Part shown: positions 24,426 to 29,726 of the stretch, piece after piece
Layout of the letters: each line of letters starts with the position of its first letter
Position numbering within the stretch: the first letter of the stretch is position 1
IMG/VR virus record: IMGVR_UViG_3300020059_000001
Coordinates: 78,679 to 108,404 of that record
Length of the DNA stretch: 29,726 nt
Reading direction: 5' to 3' (one strand)
Origin: a virus
Lineage: Duplodnaviria > Heunggongvirae > Uroviricota > Caudoviricetes
Translations under genes and position numbers: made by a program
The notes under the pieces: model-generated
What the model saw: the letters and a program-made list of their open reading frames with translations, nothing else
The model's database searches: none
What the model was told of the DNA's origin: nothing

Positions 24426-25031
24426 CTAGCCGACAGGTCGTTGGGTGGCCGGTGCTGGCATCGACGGGGACTGAGACGGGGGTGCTGGGGACTGGGATGG
24501 GAGTGCTGGGCCCCAGTCGGCGAGGATTTTCGTGCGGGCCGCGTCGAGGGTGGTGATGCCGGCGCAGACCTGGGTATGGAGAACGTTTTCGGCGACGTCT
24601 TTGTGGGTGGCTTGTTCGTGTAGTTCGGGCCACAGGTTTTTGAGGTCGCTGGGGGCGCCGCCGAGTTCGAGGGGGATGAGGTGGTCGTACTCGTAGGACT
24701 CGGGGCGGGTGTCGGTGTAGCCGTAGGCGACGATCGCGGCGGTTTTCAGTGGGCTGGTGTAGGACGTGGGTGGGCGGATGGTGCCGGTCCAGCCGACGAC
24801 GCAGATCGTCTTACTGATGGTGGCTTGGGTGACGTCGGGGTTGGTGGCGCCGGGGGTGCAGGTCGGGTCGGGCCGGTTACTGGGGCCGAGGTGGCAGGCG
24901 CTGTCGGCGGCGACACTGACGGAGGGGGTGTTCGGGGTGGGTAGTGGGTAGTCGTGTCCGGTGCCGGCGGAGCAGCCGGCGAGCATCAGGACTCCTCCTG
25001 CTGCTGCGGCGGCTCGGCGGGTGCGGGTCAT
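24426..25031 (-). CDS. Putative lipoprotein with HNH-like nuclease motif
   Basis: Start re-called at MTRTRR; lipobox LAGC; YEYDHLIPLELGGAP...NLWPE; paired Cys residues. Confidence 0.78.
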   Translation of the reverse strand: MTRTRRAAAAAGGVLMLAGCSAGTGHDYPLPTPNTPSVSVAADSACHLGPSNRPDPTCTPGATNPDVTQATISKTICVVGWTGTIRPPTSYTSPLKTAAIVAYGYTDTRPESYEYDHLIPLELGGAPSDLKNLWPELHEQATHKDVAENVLHTQVCAGITTLDAARTKILADWGPALPSQSPAPPSQSPSMPAPATQRPVG

Positions 25032-25044
25032 GTTTGGTCGGGCC

Positions 25045-25263
25045 TCATGCTTGTTGTTGTTCGCGGGCGGCGAGGAGTAGGCCGGCGAGGCTGGCCCAGT
25101 TTGCGGCGAGGGAGATGAATCGGTCCATGGCGGGTGCTTCGCCGTCAACGGCGGCTTCGAGTTCGGCGGCGCGTAGGAGTCGGGCTGCTTCACCGATGGC
25201 TACTTCAACGGTCAGGGCTTCAGACACAGTTGATCTCGTCTCCGGCCGGTGAGGAAAGGGCAC
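25045..25263 (-). CDS. Hypothetical protein
   Basis: ORF track; start uncertain. Confidence 0.55.
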   Translation of the reverse strand: MPFPHRPETRSTVSEALTVEVAIGEAARLLRAAELEAAVDGEAPAMDRFISLAANWASLAGLLLAAREQQQA

Positions 25264-25322
25264 TTGTACTTGTCAGTAACTTACGTTTTAGCAGGTCAGC
25301 GGACTCTGTTAGCGTATACGCC

Positions 25323-25559
25323 ATGATCGCTATTCCGGAGCCTCCTGAGACCCCCGATGACGGCCAGGCGGTCGTCGTCAGTACCCGGATCAAGCCGAAA
25401 GGAGTGGCGGCGATCGATTGGCTGGCCGAGCAGGATGGTGTTGATCGCTCCGAGGAGGTTCGTCGGTTGTTGTCTGAGGCGGTCTTGGCGCGTAAGCGGC
25501 TTATCGCGGCTCGTCACCTTGATGCCCAGGTCAGGGCCCCGTTGCCGAAGAAACGCTGA
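25323..25559 (+). CDS. Ribbon-helix-helix (CopG/Arc-like) regulator
   Basis: VVVSTRI beta-strand, then AAIDWLAEQDGVDRSEEVRRLL. Confidence 0.75.
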   Translation: MIAIPEPPETPDDGQAVVVSTRIKPKGVAAIDWLAEQDGVDRSEEVRRLLSEAVLARKRLIAARHLDAQVRAPLPKKR

Positions 25560-25564
25560 CCAAG

Positions 25565-25604
25565 ATCCCGTGGATATCCCATGATGACATGGGATTCACG
25601 GGAT
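25565..25604. other. Nested inverted repeat (terminator or operator)
   Basis: atcccgtg...atcccatg-atga-catgggat...cacgggat. Confidence 0.6.
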
Positions 25605-25831
25605 GCTAGGTTTGCTGTATGACGTCGCTCATTGAGGGCCGTTTCAGGACGCCGAAATCAGCACTAAAACGCCCGGAAACCGCCCAAAGCGATCCCTGAT
25701 TTGGTTGAGACTGTTCAATTTCGCCACAGTCCCGAGAGCAGCCCGCCGTAGACGCTGTCAGCGGCCTAACGGGCCGTTTCTGGGGGTATTCGGTAGGCAC
25801 AACAAGATCTTGGCGCAGGAGGCGGCTCAGG

Positions 25832-26083
25832 GTGGCTAACGGGAACATCGCCTTCGCGGCCATCGCCGCCCCACTGGATCCGCGGCTGTCCGAACTCGAC
25901 CGGCGCATCCTCCACACCATCGCCGACTGGCCCGGCATCAGCAGCATCGACGAAGCCGTCCAGGCCGGCGTCATCAGCCTCCGTGACCTGTGCCAGCGGA
26001 CCCGCATCGACAAACCGCACGTGTTCTACGCCATCGCCCGGCTCGAAGAGTTCGGCTACCTACCCGACCCGAGCATCCGCTAG
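25832..26083 (+). CDS. Winged-HTH (MarR-like) DNA-binding protein
   Basis: LSELDRRIL...SLRDLCQRTRIDKPHVFYAIARLEEFGYL. Confidence 0.7.
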   Translation: MANGNIAFAAIAAPLDPRLSELDRRILHTIADWPGISSIDEAVQAGVISLRDLCQRTRIDKPHVFYAIARLEEFGYLPDPSIR

Positions 26084-26095
26084 AAAGGACCGTCC

Positions 26096-26329
26096 TTGAA
26101 AACGACGATCACCACACTGAGCGCAGAGCTGGTCGTAGTCGCAGCCGACGAGGAGTACTTCGACTCGTTCGACCACCAGATCGTGCTGCGTTGGGGCGAC
26201 ATCGAAGTCCAACGCTGGCCAGTCAACTCCGGCTTCGCCGCGGTCGTCGACCAGAAGGGCTACACCCACATGATCGACCAGTTCGTCGCCGACAAACTCG
26301 CCGACCTGTTCAAAGGAACCACACCATGA
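26096..26329 (+). CDS. Hypothetical protein
   Basis: AAAGGA RBS; TTG start. Confidence 0.6.
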   Translation: MKTTITTLSAELVVVAADEEYFDSFDHQIVLRWGDIEVQRWPVNSGFAAVVDQKGYTHMIDQFVADKLADLFKGTTP

Positions 26330-26538
26330 CCGACCACGAGGTAATCGTTAAGACGATCCGCGAGTTCGACTGGCTCGACTACGGCATCGTCGAGGTCATC
26401 GACATCCCAGCTGAGGACGGCGACTTCGCCATCGACCTCGCTGACCAAATCCTTGAGGCTCTCCACTGCGCCGGTACGGCCCGGGTCACCGCGGCAGCGA
26501 AAGAATGGGCCCTCCGGCAACACCCAAGGGAAAGCTGA
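26326..26538 (+). CDS. Hypothetical protein
   Basis: Start re-called at an ATGA overlap (MTDHEVIV). Confidence 0.6.
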   Translation: MTDHEVIVKTIREFDWLDYGIVEVIDIPAEDGDFAIDLADQILEALHCAGTARVTAAAKEWALRQHPRES

Positions 26539-26826
26539 ATGACCACCGACACCGACCTCGCCGCCGCCGACGTATGCGGGGCGGTAGCCAGAGTCCTACG
26601 GGAAGTATACGAGGCCGGAACAGAAGCAGAGGTTCGAGTGGCCCGACGCTGCTGGTTCGCCGCCCTAGAAGCCGCCGGGCTGATCCCGCCGCTCGACCGC
26701 CAACACGCCTGCACCTGCCCGGACGTTGACGTCACCTGCTTCACCGAACGCCCCAACAGCCACACGGTCAGAGGCCTCGACACGAACTGCCGCATCCACG
26801 GGCACCTAAGTCAGGAACCCCAATGA
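26539..26826 (+). CDS. Hypothetical protein
   Basis: Abuts the upstream stop; CTCPDVDVT..GLD..CRIHG. Confidence 0.6.
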   Translation: MTTDTDLAAADVCGAVARVLREVYEAGTEAEVRVARRCWFAALEAAGLIPPLDRQHACTCPDVDVTCFTERPNSHTVRGLDTNCRIHGHLSQEPQ

Positions 26827-27026
26827 CAACGACGAACCCGCTCACCGACCGGGAAACGCAGGTACTCCAGGGTATCGCCAACGGGTTGACGTACTTCGAC
26901 ATAGCGGAACAGCTGCACGTTTCCCGCGAAACCGTCGCAAAACACGCAGCGAACCTCATCCGAAAACTGGAGGCCGGCAACCGCACCCACGCAGTGGTCA
27001 TAGCACTCCGAGCAGGACTGCTCTAG
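26823..27026 (+). CDS. Stand-alone LuxR-type HTH protein
   Basis: LTDRETQVLQGIANGLTYFDIAEQLHVSRETV.KH..NLIRKL. Confidence 0.92.
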   Translation: MTTTNPLTDRETQVLQGIANGLTYFDIAEQLHVSRETVAKHAANLIRKLEAGNRTHAVVIALRAGLL

Positions 27027-27301
27027 ATCACCATCTCGTACGATTCAAGGAACACAGCATGCCGAACCGGATAAAACTCGCCCTGTATACCGCGAATGAT
27101 CCAATCCCCGGTATACAGCAAAACCCACGTGGAATGCAGAGCGTCGAACACCTGCGCCGTGGCCTGCGAATCCTCCGGCACCGGCTCGTCGAGCACCTCA
27201 AAGTCCAGGCCGGCGAACGACTCGACTTCCTTAGTGTTCCGACCGGTCCACCGCACCGCCTGCACCTCAATAGGCCGCTTCCGATAGACATGCACCGGCA
27301 T
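27023..27301 (-). CDS. Conserved phage hypothetical protein
   Basis: YRKRPIEVQAVRWTG...GDWIIRGIQGEFYP family pattern. Confidence 0.8.
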   Translation of the reverse strand: MPVHVYRKRPIEVQAVRWTGRNTKEVESFAGLDFEVLDEPVPEDSQATAQVFDALHSTWVLLYTGDWIIRGIQGEFYPVRHAVFLESYEMVI

Positions 27302-27478
27302 CTACTCAACCGCCTCCTCGACCGCCTCGACCTGGGTCGCCAACCAGTCGTGGTACCGGTCACGCCAACGCACCGCAGCCTCATGCCACTCCGGCGACGT
27401 TGAATCCCAATCACCCTGCGGCACACCAGCATTCGCGATGATGCCCCACGCCGCTTCGAGGAGAAACGCTTCTTCCAT
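27302..27478 (-). CDS. Hypothetical protein
   Basis: Start re-called at a TGATG overlap (MEEAFLLEAAWGIIANAG). Confidence 0.65.
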   Translation of the reverse strand: MEEAFLLEAAWGIIANAGVPQGDWDSTSPEWHEAAVRWRDRYHDWLATQVEAVEEAVE

Positions 27479-27903
27479 CAGCCAACCGCCCTGATCCGAG
27501 GCCGGGAAACCTCGTTCGAGATCGTCTTGTCGTCCCGCTTCTCGGCCAGCTCGTCCGCCGAGATCACCCAGAGAAGCATGCGCATCGCCTTCGGGGTCAG
27601 CCCCAGCTTGTCCTCGATCTGCCGCGCCTCCGCCAATGCGTCCTTGTTCATCGCCTCGGCGGAGTGCAGCAGCCGACAGTAGCGGGCCACGACCCGCACA
27701 CAGCCGGCGCCGAACGTTTCCCAAGCCACCGCCTGCGGCGTCGCCCACAACTCAGCCCAGGTAATCTTCTCCGCCGCGGTGTGTCGACCCGCTAGCGGCC
27801 AGCTCGGGGGGGCACCCTTGCGGCCTTCTGCCGGCAGGATCGTCGGACCCACCCGAGCGTTACGGCGAACCGGATTCGCCTTCGGCGGCGTCGTCTGAGA
27901 CAT
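27478..27903 (-). CDS. terS: Terminase small subunit (actinophage type)
   Basis: PPKANPVRRN, PPSWPL, WAELWATPQAVAW and EARQIEDKLGLTPKAMRML; follows the HNH gene. Confidence 0.8.
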   Translation of the reverse strand: MSQTTPPKANPVRRNARVGPTILPAEGRKGAPPSWPLAGRHTAAEKITWAELWATPQAVAWETFGAGCVRVVARYCRLLHSAEAMNKDALAEARQIEDKLGLTPKAMRMLLWVISADELAEKRDDKTISNEVSRPRIRAVG

Positions 27904-27907
27904 GGTC

Positions 27908-28246
27908 TTACTCCTGACCGCGACCGCCGCGCGACATTCGGCCGCCGGCCGCGAGATTGCAGCTCAGGTGGGCAGGCTTCAGGTTCTCGATCCTGTTCGA
28001 CCCGCCCCGCGAGCGTGGGATGACATGATCAGCACTGTCCGCGCCGCCGAGGCCACAGATGTGACAGATCTTGGACTTCATCAAAATGAACTGCTTGTTC
28101 GCTTCGTACTCGGCGTCGTAGCCGCGCTCGCGCGCCGACCCGAACCGCTGGTTCCACGCCCTAGTGCAGGCCGCGCACCGCGGACCCCGGGACGTCAACT
28201 CCGAACAGCTCCGGCCAGGCAAGCCAAGGCACAGCTTCTGACCCAC
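27908..28246 (-). CDS. Packaging-associated HNH endonuclease (gp74-like)
   Basis: RGYD.EY, CHICG, DHVIPRSRGG, NL.PAH..CN; directly upstream of terS. Confidence 0.9.
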   Translation of the reverse strand: MGQKLCLGLPGRSCSELTSRGPRCAACTRAWNQRFGSARERGYDAEYEANKQFILMKSKICHICGLGGADSADHVIPRSRGGSNRIENLKPAHLSCNLAAGGRMSRGGRGQE

Positions 28247-28252
28247 GTCAGT

Positions 28253-28441
28253 TCATTCCCTTGCCCAGCCACCGCGAAGCTTCTTCTTGATCTGCTCGAT
28301 CTCTACGTTCGCCTGACGCTCGGCGTCCTTGGCCGCCGTACCGCCGGCCATCCTTGCAGCGTCGAGCTTCCGCTGCGCCGTTTCAAGCTGGACGTACTGC
28401 CAGGACCGCTCGGCTAGCCAACCCGCTGCCATCACCATCAC
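28253..28441 (-). CDS. Hypothetical protein
   Basis: ORF track; fits the operon. Confidence 0.5.
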   Translation of the reverse strand: MMVMAAGWLAERSWQYVQLETAQRKLDAARMAGGTAAKDAERQANVEIEQIKKKLRGGWARE

Positions 28442-28567
28442 CCCAGATCTTGTCAGGGATGGCCACTAAGCTGTGGATAGCACAGGATCCTGTGCATGTA
28501 CGGCGGGCCGGACGGTGCGACAACACCGCTCCCCGGCCCTAACCCCTACCAGGAGGGGCTGGGCTTG

Positions 28568-29635
28568 ATGCTAAAGCTGGTCAAATTCAAGACCATCTCG
28601 GGTACCGAGTGGCACGAATACGTTGAGACAAGGTCCGTCAAGCCCCAACCCTCGCCTAAGCCTGTGACGCCACCACGACTACCAGTAGCCCACGACCCGC
28701 GATCCTGCCAGCGATGCGGCGTGGAGCTACCACCACGAAGGCCAGGACAACCTGGCGCCAACCGTAAATGGTGCTCACGGCAATGCGCCCGACCAACCCG
28801 ACCATCCACGCCAATCGCTACCCCTGAGCAGCGCCGACAACAAGCTCTGCGCACCGCTCAAGCTCGCTGGGGCCCGTTGGCCACGACGTGCGCAGGCTGC
28901 GGAAACCCACTGCCACCCCTCGAATACCGGGGAAACGCCCGAAAATGGTGCTCAGATGCCTGCCGGCTGAGAACGCTTCGGGGACCCAGGAACTGCCGAG
29001 AATGCGGCAAGCTCCTGGCGGCGGAGAGAACGCGTCGCGACTACTGCTCCGAAGACTGCCAGAGGCCGACGATCACGAAGATCTGCCGCCGTTGCGGAAA
29101 GTCATTCACCACGAAACGGCTTCAAACGGCCGGCAAGAACAACACCCGTGTCACCTGCTCCAATGCCTGCGCCAGAGCGCTCATCGCCGCCGCCGGCCGA
29201 CTTAGTGGTGGTGTACGGCCGGTGCCACCGCAACCCTGCATCGACTGCGGCGCCACTACCACGAGGCAACGCAGTCCACACGACCGTAGTGTCCGCTGCC
29301 CTGACTGCGCCCTCGAACGCAAGCGGGCACGCTCACGGCGCAACTGCTCAGCACGACGAGCTGCCCGCCGCGCCAACAACCCCGGCCAACACATCGGGCT
29401 CCCGTTGATCACCATCAAGGAGCTTGGCGACCGCGACGACTGGCGCTGTCACCTTTGCAAACGCAAGGTCAACCCCAAGCTTAAGACGCCAGACGACCGT
29501 TCCCCGAGCTTCGACCACCTGGTACCGATCAGCGATGGCGGCGACGACTCTCCGGCAAACCTCCGGCTAGCCCACCGCGGCTGCAATCTTCAGCGAGGCG
29601 TCGGCGGAACGGTCCAGCTCATGTTGTTCGGGTAA
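28568..29635 (+). CDS. HNH endonuclease with tandem CxxC...CS..C zinc-binding repeats
   Basis: Five CxxCG-type repeats, then DDWRCHLC...DHLVPISDGG...NLRLAHRGCN. Start re-called after AGGAGG. Confidence 0.88.
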   Translation: MLKLVKFKTISGTEWHEYVETRSVKPQPSPKPVTPPRLPVAHDPRSCQRCGVELPPRRPGQPGANRKWCSRQCARPTRPSTPIATPEQRRQQALRTAQARWGPLATTCAGCGNPLPPLEYRGNARKWCSDACRLRTLRGPRNCRECGKLLAAERTRRDYCSEDCQRPTITKICRRCGKSFTTKRLQTAGKNNTRVTCSNACARALIAAAGRLSGGVRPVPPQPCIDCGATTTRQRSPHDRSVRCPDCALERKRARSRRNCSARRAARRANNPGQHIGLPLITIKELGDRDDWRCHLCKRKVNPKLKTPDDRSPSFDHLVPISDGGDDSPANLRLAHRGCNLQRGVGGTVQLMLFG

Positions 29636-29726
29636 CCATCGATGCCGATAAGATCGTTACGATCTGTTAGTCCACATTGGACAGCCTAACCGCGAAGCTG
29701 GTAGGCGGTACATCCAGCGCCAACGA

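Noticed and set aside
25606-26013. Antisense shadow ORFs such as 25606-26013, 2627-3259, 14306-15175 and 16586-17275
   Set aside because: They lie opposite or out of frame to well-supported genes, as expected in high-GC DNA, and carry no motifs.
1-29726. tRNA, rRNA, integrase/att site, transposase, or a self-target for the NN code
   Set aside because: None recognised by eye. A self-target cannot be excluded without a gapped-pattern search.

Overview
High-GC actinobacteriophage or prophage segment; the host is probably an actinomycete, which is an inference. The minus strand carries an HK97-type packaging and head module: HNH, terminase small, terminase large with two class-3 inteins, a membrane protein, portal with a class-3 LAGLIDADG intein, prohead protease, major capsid protein, a free-standing HNH, two glycosyltransferases, two methyltransferases, an NAD-dependent epimerase and a head-tail adaptor. 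An ~8.3 kb block of mostly plus-strand accessory genes separates terS from terL. The main finding is a plus-strand system woven into the structural operon. It consists of a solo RAMP/Cas7-like gene (14274-14888), a coupled ParB-like gene (14885-15580) and five non-coding arrays (about 21 units). Each unit is a GGCAGCAGN linker followed by 7-11 GGY-NN pentamers with fixed GGY and variable NN. Two arrays flank the gene pair. Three are satellite cassettes sitting just upstream of the adaptor, portal and terL genes, and two of these share a leader with a compensated GNRA hairpin. This looks like an RNA-guided system with a non-contiguous code. It resembles the recently reported VIPR systems as I recall them; I could not check this. 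No cas1, cas2 or cas3 and no canonical CRISPR array are present in the window.
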